Shown here: positions 26,277 through 35,703 of the stretch, one piece after another
Layout of the letters: each line of letters begins with the position of its first letter
Numbering within the stretch: position 1 is the stretch's first letter
DNA from: Candidatus Eiseniibacteriota bacterium
GTDB taxonomy: Bacteria; Eisenbacteria; RBG-16-71-46
Reading direction: 5' to 3'
DNA: 59,954 nucleotides
Assembly: GCA_005893225.1 (NCBI GenBank)
Contig: VBOT01000029.1
Location: 1-59,954, forward strand
Position numbers and translations under genes: made by a program
Notes under the pieces: generated by a model
The model's database searches: none
Seen by the model: only the letters and a program-made list of their open reading frames with translations
Told to the model about the DNA's origin: nothing

Positions 26277-27320
26277 CTACTGGGGCTTCCAGGCCAGCCG
26301 GCCCTGCGCGGTCAGGCTCGGCGTCGTGAGTCGCGCCAGGTAGAGCCCCGCCGGTAGCGACTTCAGGGCGCCGGACTCGATGGCCAGCCGCTGCGGCCCC
26401 TCGCGCAGCGCAAAGGGCACTCCCCTCCAGACCCTGCGACCCGCGAGGTCGAAGAGCTCGAGGCGACCCGTCTCGGCGCGCTCGAGCGTGAAGGTGATGG
26501 CGAGGGGTCCGCGCACGGGATTGGGCCAAACCCCCAGGCTGGCGCGATCCGGCGCCGCGCCATCGAGCCGCGGGGAACCGGCCTCGAGCCACGCCCGGCG
26601 GACCAGCTCGCCGGCCAGGCTCAGCGCCGCGTTCAGCCGCTCCAGGCGCAGCTCCGCGAAGCTCACCTCATCGCCGACGAGGAACCGATCCTCCACCATC
26701 CCTCTCGAGGACACGCTCTCCCCTGCCAGCTCGAGGCCGGCATCGCCCGCGTCCGGCGGCCACGTACGGGGAGAGATGGACAGCCCGGCGAGGTCTTCGG
26801 CGCGCACGAGATCGCCGAACTCCGCGCGCGCCCCGGGAGTCTCCTCGAGATTCGGCGCCGTCATCTGGAAGGGGTCCGCGAGGTCGCTCGCCGCGATCGC
26901 GAGCGCGGCCAGCGATTCCACGATGTTCGCCGCCTGGCGCGTCCTGAATGCCCCGGTGAGAGACTGCGAGGCTCGCTCCAGCTCGAGCGGCGCGGTGCCG
27001 CTCACTCTCAGGCGGCCGGCCGCCACGGCGTCCGGGTCCGCGGCGGGCAGCGGGTTCCCCGGCTCCCAGCGATGCCGGGGGACGGAGGCCTCCGGGTCGG
27101 TTTCCTCGAAGTCGAGCCGCCGCTCCACCTCAGCGGAAGCGCCGGCGTTCCATCGCGGATCCCAGTGCGCGGCAAGGGGGAGCGCACCGGGGATCCGCGC
27201 CGCGACCATGGCCGCGGCCTGTGGGGCAAAGGCATGCCCCTGCTCGGCGCGCGTCAGGCCGCACACGCCGAATGTCAGGGCGATCACGATTGCGGACCGC
27301 GTCCTTGGGACTTGTATCAC
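26277..27320 (-). CDS. Secreted hypothetical protein with T9SS-type (FlgD-Ig-like) C-terminal domain
   Basis: The N-terminus is signal-like (AIVIALTFGVCGLTRA). The C-terminus VWPNPVRGPLAITFTL...LELFDLAGRRV...GLYLARL is typical of T9SS sorting domains. I do not recognise the body. Confidence 0.75.
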   Translation of the reverse strand: MIQVPRTRSAIVIALTFGVCGLTRAEQGHAFAPQAAAMVAARIPGALPLAAHWDPRWNAGASAEVERRLDFEETDPEASVPRHRWEPGNPLPAADPDAVAAGRLRVSGTAPLELERASQSLTGAFRTRQAANIVESLAALAIAASDLADPFQMTAPNLEETPGARAEFGDLVRAEDLAGLSISPRTWPPDAGDAGLELAGESVSSRGMVEDRFLVGDEVSFAELRLERLNAALSLAGELVRRAWLEAGSPRLDGAAPDRASLGVWPNPVRGPLAITFTLERAETGRLELFDLAGRRVWRGVPFALREGPQRLAIESGALKSLPAGLYLARLTTPSLTAQGRLAWKPQ

Positions 27321-27476
27321 GTACCGACCGCCGACTCGCGCCGCGACCGGGACGCTCCGCCATTGGCCTGCCTGGGCGTTCCTCCCGCGGAACGAGCGAG
27401 AGGCTCGGGATGGAACTCATCGGGGGAAAGGAAACACCGGGCGGGAACCTGCCGGGCCCATCAGGAAGTGGAATTG

Positions 27477-27506
27477 ATTCTACGCTGCGGGGGGTGGTGG
27501 GTTCAA
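27477..27506 (-). promoter_or_regulatory. Candidate sigma70-type promoter upstream of 26277..27320
   Basis: The minus-sense sequence is TTGAAC-N18-TAGAAT. The implied leader is long (about 150 nt). Confidence 0.3.
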
Positions 27507-27510
27507 GAAC

Positions 27511-28914
27511 TTAGTGCGCCGCCGGCTCGGGCGGGGCGGCAGCGAGGCTCAACCTCCAGGTGGCGGCCGAGAGCAGCATGAGCACGATCTTGAATTGCTC
27601 GCCGTACAGCGTGGACTCGAACTGGTTGTGGATCGCGAATCCCACGAACGCCGCCCAGACTCCGAGCCCCAGGGCGCGCTCGCGGCTCGAGCGGGCCGCG
27701 CAGCGCGCCCGCCAGGCGGTCACGCCGAGCGTTCCGGCCCACAGGATCGCGAGCAGAGCGCCCGGCAGGCCGAGCTCGGAAAGGAAGCCGAGCTCGAAGT
27801 TGTGCGGCACCGTGTCCACCCCGGTGAGACGGTGGGAGATCACCGAGAAGTTGTTGAGCCCGATCCCGAGCAGCGGATTCCGGCAAAAGGTCTCCCACGC
27901 CAGAGAGTAGAGGTCCATGCGGGCGCCCACCGAGTACTCGACCGCCGAGGCCTGGAGACGGTACAGGAGCACCTGGCGCAGCGGCCCGAACTCGAAGATC
28001 GCGACCCCGATCCCCAGGATCGCGGCCGTGACGGCGGCGCCGGCGCGCCCGGCCCGGCTCCCGGGCGCGAAGCTCACCACCAGGGCCGTCACCAGCGCCA
28101 CGATCGCGCCCTTGGAGGCCGAGAGCACGATGCCGAGGGCATTGAGGGCCAGGACCACGAGCCACAGGGCTCGCCCGCGCCAGCGCGAGGCGTGCCCGAG
28201 GAGCCCGAGCGCCACCGGGAAGCCGATGGCCAGGAGCCCGGCCAGGTAATTGGTGCGGCCCCACGGCAGGTCGACCTGCTTGAGGAGCACCGCCAGCGCC
28301 GGACCGAGCGGCGAGGTGAAGGCGACGCAGGTCATGTGCAACGCCACCAGGCTCCCGGTCACGGCGATCGTCCCGAGGAGCAGCCGCGCGCGAGCCGAGT
28401 CGGTGGCAAAGCACGCCGCCGCCGCCGCCGCCAGCAGCGCGACGCACCACTCCTTGAGCTCGGCGATCCCGGTCAGCGGATCGGGCGAGACGAGCAGGCT
28501 CAAGGCGCTCCAGGCGAGGAGCGGGATCATGGCGATCAGGAACGGCGCGCGCGGCACCTCGACCTTGAACCCGTTCCCGAGGAGCGCCCACGCGAGCCCC
28601 AGGCCGAGCACGAGGTCGGCCCAGAGCAGGCGCCCGCTCTGACCGCCGAGGGAAACCGCCGAGAGCTCGCCGGCCAGGATCGAGAGCGAGAGCAGCGCGA
28701 TCCACGCCGCGAGACTCCCGTGGCGGCGCGCGAAGCGGACGGCGAGAGCGAGGACGGCGGCGGCGAGCCCCGCACCCACCAGGAGCAGAGGCGAAGCCCA
28801 TCGCGTGACGGCGGCGGCGAGGGCCACCGCGCCGGCGGCGATCAGGGCGCCGCGGACCAGCTCGCGGGACCCGCGCTGCGGCGCCGCGAGCGCCGCGCCC
28901 GCCCCGGGCCTCAC
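27511..28914 (-). CDS. O-antigen ligase / Wzy_C-family polytopic membrane protein
   Basis: This is the last 467 codons of the track ORF. It has about 10-12 TM segments and a Wzy_C-like region (LSASKGAIVALV...MDLYSLAWE...GIGLNNF...HNFELGFLSELG). The GTG start overlaps the TGA of the upstream GT4 gene. Confidence 0.8.
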   Translation of the reverse strand: MRPGAGAALAAPQRGSRELVRGALIAAGAVALAAAVTRWASPLLLVGAGLAAAVLALAVRFARRHGSLAAWIALLSLSILAGELSAVSLGGQSGRLLWADLVLGLGLAWALLGNGFKVEVPRAPFLIAMIPLLAWSALSLLVSPDPLTGIAELKEWCVALLAAAAAACFATDSARARLLLGTIAVTGSLVALHMTCVAFTSPLGPALAVLLKQVDLPWGRTNYLAGLLAIGFPVALGLLGHASRWRGRALWLVVLALNALGIVLSASKGAIVALVTALVVSFAPGSRAGRAGAAVTAAILGIGVAIFEFGPLRQVLLYRLQASAVEYSVGARMDLYSLAWETFCRNPLLGIGLNNFSVISHRLTGVDTVPHNFELGFLSELGLPGALLAILWAGTLGVTAWRARCAARSSRERALGLGVWAAFVGFAIHNQFESTLYGEQFKIVLMLLSAATWRLSLAAAPPEPAAH

Positions 28915-30098
28915 GCGGCTGCCTCCGCGGCCTCCGTTTGCTCGGCCCCGAAGGCGCGGTCGTAGACACGCTGGAGCTCGAGGCTGCTCCGCTGGAGCGA
29001 GAAGCGGCGGGCGCGCTCCGGCGCCGCGCGCGCCCAGGTATCGAGCAGGCCCCGATCCTCGGCGAGCCGGATCAGCTCCTCCCCCCAGCGTCCCGGCGCG
29101 TCGGGCGGCAGCAGCAAGCCACACACCCGATCGCCGACCACCTCGGGGATCCCACCCACCCGGGAGGCCAGCACCGGCAGGCCCGCCGCCAGCGCCTCGA
29201 TGATCGCGATCCCGAGGCCCTCGGTCCGCGAGGGCGCGGCGAACAGGTCCATCGCGCTCAGATGCTCGTGGACCCGCGTCTGGTGATGGACGAAGCGGAT
29301 CCGATCCCCCAGGCCGCGGATATGCGCGAGGGATCTCAGGCGCGCGCGCTCCGGCCCGTCTCCCACCACCAGCAGTCTGAGCTGGGGGGCCTGGGGGGCG
29401 GCCCAGGCGACTGCGTCGATCAGGGTGTCCAGGCCCTTGCGCGGATCCAGTCGCGCCACCACGCCGATCACCAAGTCGTGCTCGTCCGTGTAGCCGAGCG
29501 ACTGGCGCATCCGCGCGCGGCCCGCGCGCGCTGCCCACAGCTCGTCCACTGCCACGCCGTTGCGCACCGTGATGGTCCGCTCGGCGAGCTCCGGGAGCGC
29601 TCGCACCAGCGCCCCTCGAACCGCATCGCTCACGGCCACGATGGTGTGGGCGAGCGGCAGGGTGAAGCGGTCGAGCCAGCGCACCGGATCGGCGCGCTTC
29701 TCCTCCCAGTCGGTGAGGTTATGGAGCGAGGTCACGATGCGCGGCACGCGATGGCGGCGCGCCGCCGGCCTCCCGACCACTCCCGAGGCGGCGAGGTGCG
29801 TGTGCACCAGATCGGGGCGCAGTTGCTTGAGCAGCGCATCGAGGCGCGGCCCCACGCGCCAGGCGGGCTCCTTGGGGCCCCTCAGCCGGTGGACCCGGAT
29901 CCCCGCGCTCTCGAACGCGGGGACGAGATCGCCGGCCGGGCCGAGCTCGAGGCTCGCCACCTCGGCCACGAAGCGCCTGCGGTCGAGGGAGGCGGCCTGG
30001 CTCAGGACCACGCGCTGGGCGCCCCCGAGCGCGAGGTCGTTGATCACGAACAGCACGCGCCGCACGGCGTGGGGGCTCTGCCGGCCTATGTCGGACAT
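28911..30098 (-). CDS. Glycosyltransferase family 4
   Basis: The sequence is GT-B fold-like, with N-terminal LFVINDLALGGAQR and a C-terminal EGLGIAIIEALAAGLPVLAS (E-x7-E region). Confidence 0.85.
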   Translation of the reverse strand: MSDIGRQSPHAVRRVLFVINDLALGGAQRVVLSQAASLDRRRFVAEVASLELGPAGDLVPAFESAGIRVHRLRGPKEPAWRVGPRLDALLKQLRPDLVHTHLAASGVVGRPAARRHRVPRIVTSLHNLTDWEEKRADPVRWLDRFTLPLAHTIVAVSDAVRGALVRALPELAERTITVRNGVAVDELWAARAGRARMRQSLGYTDEHDLVIGVVARLDPRKGLDTLIDAVAWAAPQAPQLRLLVVGDGPERARLRSLAHIRGLGDRIRFVHHQTRVHEHLSAMDLFAAPSRTEGLGIAIIEALAAGLPVLASRVGGIPEVVGDRVCGLLLPPDAPGRWGEELIRLAEDRGLLDTWARAAPERARRFSLQRSSLELQRVYDRAFGAEQTEAAEAAA

Positions 30099-30117
30099 CG
30101 CGTGCCGCCGCGCCCGC

Positions 30118-31293
30118 TCAGGCGGCGCGGCGCTCCCCGGCCTCGTCCGGCTCGGCGTGGGCCAGCATCACGCCGGCCACCGACATCGCCCGCGAGGGCA
30201 GCGACCCGGCCACCTTGAGGCGCAAGACCCTGAACGCGCGCCAGGTCGCGATCGAGAAGATGACCAGCATCGCGAGACCGACCCAGGGGACGCGCGAGAG
30301 GATGCAGCCCGCAACCGCGAACGTCGCGGCCGCGCCCCACAGCATCGCGACCGCGCGGCGAGTCGAGAACCCCGCCTGGATCAGCCGATGGTGCACGTGC
30401 ATGCCGTCGGGCTCGAACACCCGGGTCCGGACCTCGCGCACGAACTGGAGCATGGAGCTCGACTGGTGGGCGGCGGCGAGCGTGCGGCGCCGGATCGCGT
30501 CGCAGGTGTCGTAGAGCGGCACCATGAGCAGCAGGGAAGGCACCAGCGGGAAGGCCTCCGGCGAGGAGAGCTGCCCGGCGCGCAGCGTCATCGCCGAGAG
30601 CACGAACCCGACGAACAGGCTGCCCGCGTCCCCCATGAAGATGAGGGCCGGGTTCAGGTTGAACCACAGGAAGCCGAGCAAGGCCCCCGCGAGCGCCGCA
30701 GCCGCGAGCAGCAGCAGGCCGCCCTCGGGGGCGAGCAGCGCGCAGGCGGCCAGCGTCGCCACCAGCGCCACGCCGCACGCCAGGCCGTCGAGGCCGTCGA
30801 TCAGGTTGATGGCGTTGGTGACGAACACCACCCACATCACGGTGAGCGGCAGGCTCAGGAGCCCCACGCGCCAGACCCCGACCCCCGGCACGCCGAGCGA
30901 CTCCACGCGCCATCCGAAGCGGTAGAGCAGGAGCGCCGCGACGAACTGACAGACCAGCTTGGCGGTGGCTCGCAGGCCGTAGACGTCGTCGGCCACGCCC
31001 ACCAGGAGAAGCAGGCCCGAGCCGAGCATCATCCCGATCATGCCGACGTCCTCGCCGTGGAACGGGTCGCTCCAGGATGGATGCCCGTAGGTGGCGAGCG
31101 CCATCGCCACGTAGAAGCCCCAGTAGATGCCGAGACCGCCGAGGCGCGCGGTGGGACGGCGGTGAACGCGGCGGCCTCCGGGGCTGTCGACGGCGCGCAG
31201 TCGGTGGGCGAAGACGCGGACCATTTCGGTGACGCTCAGGGTCGCGATGAGTGCGACCAGAGCGAAAACGATCCACGCGAACGGCACGTCCAT
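30118..31293 (-). CDS. Polyprenyl-phosphate N-acetylhexosamine-1-phosphate transferase (WecA/MraY family)
   Basis: The protein is polytopic and has the motifs GVADDVYGL, NAINLIDGLDGLA and IFMGDAGSLFVGF. Confidence 0.85.
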   Translation of the reverse strand: MDVPFAWIVFALVALIATLSVTEMVRVFAHRLRAVDSPGGRRVHRRPTARLGGLGIYWGFYVAMALATYGHPSWSDPFHGEDVGMIGMMLGSGLLLLVGVADDVYGLRATAKLVCQFVAALLLYRFGWRVESLGVPGVGVWRVGLLSLPLTVMWVVFVTNAINLIDGLDGLACGVALVATLAACALLAPEGGLLLLAAAALAGALLGFLWFNLNPALIFMGDAGSLFVGFVLSAMTLRAGQLSSPEAFPLVPSLLLMVPLYDTCDAIRRRTLAAAHQSSSMLQFVREVRTRVFEPDGMHVHHRLIQAGFSTRRAVAMLWGAAATFAVAGCILSRVPWVGLAMLVIFSIATWRAFRVLRLKVAGSLPSRAMSVAGVMLAHAEPDEAGERRAA

Positions 31294-31401
31294 GGCCTCC
31301 CCGGACCGGCCGAGCGGGCTCGGATGGGATATGGGATGTCAGCCGGGGCGGCGCCGAACCGAGAGGGAACGAGAGGGGCTCCTGGTGGTTTTCATCGGCA
31401 T

Positions 31402-32622
31402 TCAGGCGGCCCTCCTTGAGGTCCAACGCTGGTAAAGATCGTCGAGCCGCTCGAGCATGGTCTCGACGGTCCACCGCTGGGTCACCTCGCCCGGACCCGC
31501 CTCCCCGAGGGCTCGCGCCCGGGCATGCTGGCTGAGCAGGATGTCGAGCCGGACGGTGAAGGTGTCGACGTCGCGCGAGGGCACCACGAACCCGTTGCGC
31601 CCCTCGCGCACCACCTCCCAGGCGCCTTCCACGTCGAAGGTGAGGATCGGCTTGCCCGCCGCCGCCGACTGGACCAGCACGCGCGGCAGACCCTCCCAGA
31701 GCGACGTCAGCACCGAGATGTCCGACGCCGCCAGCACCTTGGGCAGGTCGTGGCGATGCCCGAGGAAGCTCACGATGTCGGCGATGCCGAGCCGGCCGCA
31801 GCGCGCCTCCAGCTCCGCGCGCATCGGCCCGTCTCCGAGGATCAGCACCCGCAGGTCCGGGTGGCGGGGCTTGAGCCGTTCCAGCGCCTCGAACAGGTAG
31901 ACGTGTCCCTTGCGCTCCTCCAGCCGCGCGGCCATCACCACCACCCGGTGGCGAGGCTCGAAGCCGAGCTCGGCCCTGAGGCCCTGGCGCTCCGTCTCGC
32001 TCATCTGACCGGCCTCGAGATACTCCTTGAGCGGCATGCCCGAGTAGATCGTCTCGTACGTCTGCGGCGTGCCCACGCCCGAGCGCAGGTAGATGTTCTT
32101 CACGTCCTCGCCCACCGCCACGAACTGGTCGGTGAAGCGCGCCGCCGTGCGCTCGAGCGCGAGGTAGAACCAGCGCTGCGCGGGCGACAGGTGCTCGTGG
32201 AACGTCACCCCGTGGACGGTGTGGATGATGGTCGGACCGCCGACCAGGGCGGCGGCGACCCGGCCCAGGAACCCGGCCTTGGCGGTGTGGGTGTGCACGA
32301 TCTGGTAGCCGCCACCCCGGATCAGGGCGGCGAGCTTGAACAGGGCCATCAGGTCGTTCCACGGGTCGGGATCGCGCTTGAGCTCGGGCACGACGTGCAC
32401 GCGCACGCCGTCCAGCGGGCCCACCAGGTCGAGCTCCGACCCGCTGCCCACGGCCAGGTCGACGACGTAACGGGTCTTGTCCAGCCCCCTCACCGTGTAC
32501 AGGGTGTTCTCGTCGGCCCCGCCGCGGATCATCCGAGTGATGACGTGCAGCATGCGGATCGGCGGGTAGGTGCCGCGACGCCGCTCGCTCGGGATCTGGG
32601 ACGGAGAGGGAGACAGGCTCAT
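31402..32622 (-). CDS. Glycosyltransferase family 4
   Basis: The sequence is GT-B fold-like, with MLHVITRMIRGGADE and EGLPRVLVQSAAAGKPILTFDV. An alternative start lies at the internal MLHV. Confidence 0.85.
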   Translation of the reverse strand: MSLSPSPSQIPSERRRGTYPPIRMLHVITRMIRGGADENTLYTVRGLDKTRYVVDLAVGSGSELDLVGPLDGVRVHVVPELKRDPDPWNDLMALFKLAALIRGGGYQIVHTHTAKAGFLGRVAAALVGGPTIIHTVHGVTFHEHLSPAQRWFYLALERTAARFTDQFVAVGEDVKNIYLRSGVGTPQTYETIYSGMPLKEYLEAGQMSETERQGLRAELGFEPRHRVVVMAARLEERKGHVYLFEALERLKPRHPDLRVLILGDGPMRAELEARCGRLGIADIVSFLGHRHDLPKVLAASDISVLTSLWEGLPRVLVQSAAAGKPILTFDVEGAWEVVREGRNGFVVPSRDVDTFTVRLDILLSQHARARALGEAGPGEVTQRWTVETMLERLDDLYQRWTSRRAA

Positions 32623-33659
32623 GGCGTGGCGTTGACCTCGCGCAGCGCCCGCCAGTAGTCGTCGGGGCTACCCTGGAGGATATAGGGGCCCTCGAGCTGG
32701 GACGGGTCGATCCACAGGCTGTAGGTCGTGAACACGAAGTATCCATCGGCGCTCGAGGCGATCGACCGCAGCGCTTCGGGAAGCTCGTGGGGAGCGAAGC
32801 GCTTGAGCCATACGCCCCCGATCAGGGGAGCGTCGGGGAGCCCCAGGCCCGCCAGGCGGCCGCGCGCCCCGGGGAGGACCGAGCCCCCCTCCGAGTACGA
32901 TCGCTCGCAGTAGTCGGCGGCCGGAACGCCGCTCCTCGCCAGCGCCCGGGCCAGGGCCCGGTGAACGAAGGAATCCAGATCGAGATCGAAGACCCCGATC
33001 TCGACGTCGGGGTGGCGTTCGTGGAACTCTTCCAGGAGGCCGCGGAGGATGTGGAAGACGCGGGACTCCTCGAACGACAGGAGCCCCTTCAGCCTCCTCG
33101 CGCCGCTCCCCATGTAGCTGAGGCCCGAGGGCCCCGCGTACTCGGTCAGGCACCAGCGGCAGCGGCAGGGTCCGGCATCGTAATGGGTTCGGGTTGCCGA
33201 GTGCAGCTCCAGGTCCACGGCCATCCGCTTCACCGGGACCGCGGCCAGCACCTCCTCGGCGCGATCCAGCAGCGCGCTCCTCCAGAACAGCGAATCGAGC
33301 GGGCAGGCCACGTCGATCTCGTGGTTCCCGTCTCCCCAGGTGTAGCGCCTGAGGCCCGGGAGCGCGCTCAGCCTCGAGTCGGCCTCGAGCGCCCACTGGG
33401 GCACGACCTCGACGCCGATCGAGTCGCCGTGTGCCTTGAGTGATCGGAGCCTCGCCCCGCCGTCGAGCGGCAGCGAGTCGCCGATGGCGTGGACCAGGGC
33501 GCGGTTGAAGCCGGCCCCTCGCAGGAGGTCGAGATGATCGTTCCCCATGTACTCGTAGAAGTAGGCTGCCCGCACCGCGGGAGCGCCGGAGAAGGCCGGG
33601 GCCGGCGCCGCGGTCGCGAGGAGGACCGCGAGCCCGAGGGCCTCGCCGCGGCCGGTCAT
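32619..33659 (-). CDS. Secreted hypothetical protein embedded in the polysaccharide operon (possible TIM-barrel glycan-processing enzyme)
   Basis: The signal peptide is MTGRGEALGLAVLLATAAPAPAFS. A CRCRWC cysteine cluster is present. Both ends overlap their neighbours by ATGA. I recognise no family. Confidence 0.7.
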   Translation of the reverse strand: MTGRGEALGLAVLLATAAPAPAFSGAPAVRAAYFYEYMGNDHLDLLRGAGFNRALVHAIGDSLPLDGGARLRSLKAHGDSIGVEVVPQWALEADSRLSALPGLRRYTWGDGNHEIDVACPLDSLFWRSALLDRAEEVLAAVPVKRMAVDLELHSATRTHYDAGPCRCRWCLTEYAGPSGLSYMGSGARRLKGLLSFEESRVFHILRGLLEEFHERHPDVEIGVFDLDLDSFVHRALARALARSGVPAADYCERSYSEGGSVLPGARGRLAGLGLPDAPLIGGVWLKRFAPHELPEALRSIASSADGYFVFTTYSLWIDPSQLEGPYILQGSPDDYWRALREVNATP

Positions 33660-34564
33660 GCCGCCCATACCGCCTCCAAGCCGGCCGCGTAGATGCCGGC
33701 GCTGGCACGGCCAGTGCGGCCCGCCATGCTGGCGCACCACTTGAGCGATAGGCTCAGGAGAAGGATCAGCTTCGCGCACCACGCGGCGGGGGCCCCATGG
33801 TGCTTTCGGAAATAGTAGACGCGCGACCGAAGGTTGTGGAGATAGGTCGCGCCGGGAACCTGGCGGGAGGACCGCTGGCCGTGGTGCACGAACCTGGCCT
33901 CGGGGACGTAGCGCACGCCGAGCCCCAGGCGCGCCGCGCGCTGGCACCAGTCCACCTCCTCCATGTACATGAAGATGCTCTCGTCCAGGCCGCCGACCCG
34001 CTCGAAAGCGGGGCGTCGGATCAGCAGCGCGGCGCCCGAGGCCCAGTCCACTCGGTCCAGTGAATCCATCGCCCGGCCGCCGTACTTGTAGCTCCCGAAC
34101 CAGCGCGACTCGGGAAGCGCCTGGGCCATTCCCAGGTGGTCGCAGAGCAGGGCCCAGAGGTCCGGAAACCGCCCGCACGACCGCGCCACCAGGCCCTCGC
34201 CGTCGATCAGCATCGGGGCGGCCGCGGCCAGGTCCGGCTCCTCCTCGAGCGCCGCGATCAGACGCTCGAGCGCGCCCGGGCGGATCTCGCAGTCGGGATT
34301 GAGGACCAGCAGGTGGTCTCCGCGCGCGCGCGCGAGGCCCTGGTTCACACCGCGCGTGAAGCCGCGGTTCTCGGAATTGGCGATCACCTCCACCTCGGGA
34401 TGAGCCTGCTCGAGCCACTCCACCGTGCCGTCGCCCGAGTCGTTGTCCACCACGATCACCTCGAGGGCCAGAGTCTTGGCGCAGCGCTCCAGCGACTCGA
34501 CGCAGGCGGACAGGGAATCGAGCGAGCGAAAGCTCACGATCACCGCCGTGACCCGGGGTCTCAT
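33656..34564 (-). CDS. Glycosyltransferase family 2
   Basis: The sequence has VTAVIVSFRS, VVDNDSGDGT and NPDCEI (DxD-type) motifs, plus MYMEEVDWCQRA. Confidence 0.85.
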   Translation of the reverse strand: MRPRVTAVIVSFRSLDSLSACVESLERCAKTLALEVIVVDNDSGDGTVEWLEQAHPEVEVIANSENRGFTRGVNQGLARARGDHLLVLNPDCEIRPGALERLIAALEEEPDLAAAAPMLIDGEGLVARSCGRFPDLWALLCDHLGMAQALPESRWFGSYKYGGRAMDSLDRVDWASGAALLIRRPAFERVGGLDESIFMYMEEVDWCQRAARLGLGVRYVPEARFVHHGQRSSRQVPGATYLHNLRSRVYYFRKHHGAPAAWCAKLILLLSLSLKWCASMAGRTGRASAGIYAAGLEAVWAA

Positions 34565-35703
34565 GCCGCCTTCTCGAGCGGCTCGATCCGCCGCCCGCTG
34601 CGCATCGCGCGGCGGTCGGCGCGCAGCGTCCCGACCACCAGGCCGGAGGCCACGGCGAGCAGCGCGAGCGCCGGGCCGGAGAGCAGCGAGCCGGCCAGCT
34701 CGAGCGCCCCGAACAGCCCCAATGTGAGCGTCACCGCGAGCCAGCGCGGGCCCTCGTGCAGTCGCCCGGCCCGCACCCTGAGGGCGAGCCACCCCACGAT
34801 CGAGAGCGTGATCCAGGCCAGCCCGGTGCGACAGAGGTCGTGCGGGGTCCAGGCTCGGCCGGAGAGTCTCAGGTCGGCGAACACCCCTCCCCGGGCGAGG
34901 TGGATCCCGAGCCCGGCCGCCCCGGCCACGGCCGCCAGCATCCAGACCACGCGGGCGCGCGACTGGCCGGCGGAGAGCGCCAGACCGGCCGTCACCGGCA
35001 GCGCCACGAGCAGCGCGTTGAACACGCCGTGCCGGGATCCCCACACCAGGTCGGCGACCCGCACCGCGGCCCCGAACCCGTTGCCGCCCCGGCCCAGCTC
35101 AAGGATCGCGTGGAGCCCGATCAGGGCGCTGGCGAGCGGGAAGGCGATCCACACCCATCGCGAGCCCCGCGGCCGGCTGGCCACCGTGGTGGTGGCGTAA
35201 AAAACCACGACCAGCACCAGGAACTGCTTCAGGTCCATGAGCGTCCGCTCGCGCGCCCCGGGCAGGAACATGCTCACCGTGAACCCCGCCAGGGTCGCGA
35301 TCACGAGACCGTCGACCGGAGTCCGCGGCAGGAGGGGGCGCCCCAGCCCCACCGCACGCACCACCGACACCAACACCACGCCGATGGTGAGGAGATCGAT
35401 GTAGACCAGCGGCCCGAATCGGCTTCGCATCGGCAAGGGCGAGAGCGGCTCGAGCATCGTCGCCACCACCAGCACCGCCGGGAACCACCACAGCCACTCG
35501 AAGTGCCGCCAGCCCCAGAGCGCCAGGAGACCGGCCAGGAGCGCCCCGGGAAGCACCCAGGGGCTGCCGAGGTAGCCGAGCCACAGGCAGGCGAGGGCCC
35601 ACAGCACGCCCAGCATCCAGACCCCGAACGCCTCGCCCGCGTCCGGCGAGGCGTGATGCTCGATGGCGTCGGGCCTCACGAGAGTGCGCCAGCGGTGTCT
35701 CAT
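34561..35703 (-). CDS. Polytopic membrane protein, possible Wzy-like polymerase
   Basis: The 380 aa contain about 10 hydrophobic segments. The gene has ATGA overlaps at both ends and sits between the Wzz-like and GT2 genes. Confidence 0.6.
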   Translation of the reverse strand: MRHRWRTLVRPDAIEHHASPDAGEAFGVWMLGVLWALACLWLGYLGSPWVLPGALLAGLLALWGWRHFEWLWWFPAVLVVATMLEPLSPLPMRSRFGPLVYIDLLTIGVVLVSVVRAVGLGRPLLPRTPVDGLVIATLAGFTVSMFLPGARERTLMDLKQFLVLVVVFYATTTVASRPRGSRWVWIAFPLASALIGLHAILELGRGGNGFGAAVRVADLVWGSRHGVFNALLVALPVTAGLALSAGQSRARVVWMLAAVAGAAGLGIHLARGGVFADLRLSGRAWTPHDLCRTGLAWITLSIVGWLALRVRAGRLHEGPRWLAVTLTLGLFGALELAGSLLSGPALALLAVASGLVVGTLRADRRAMRSGRRIEPLEKAA

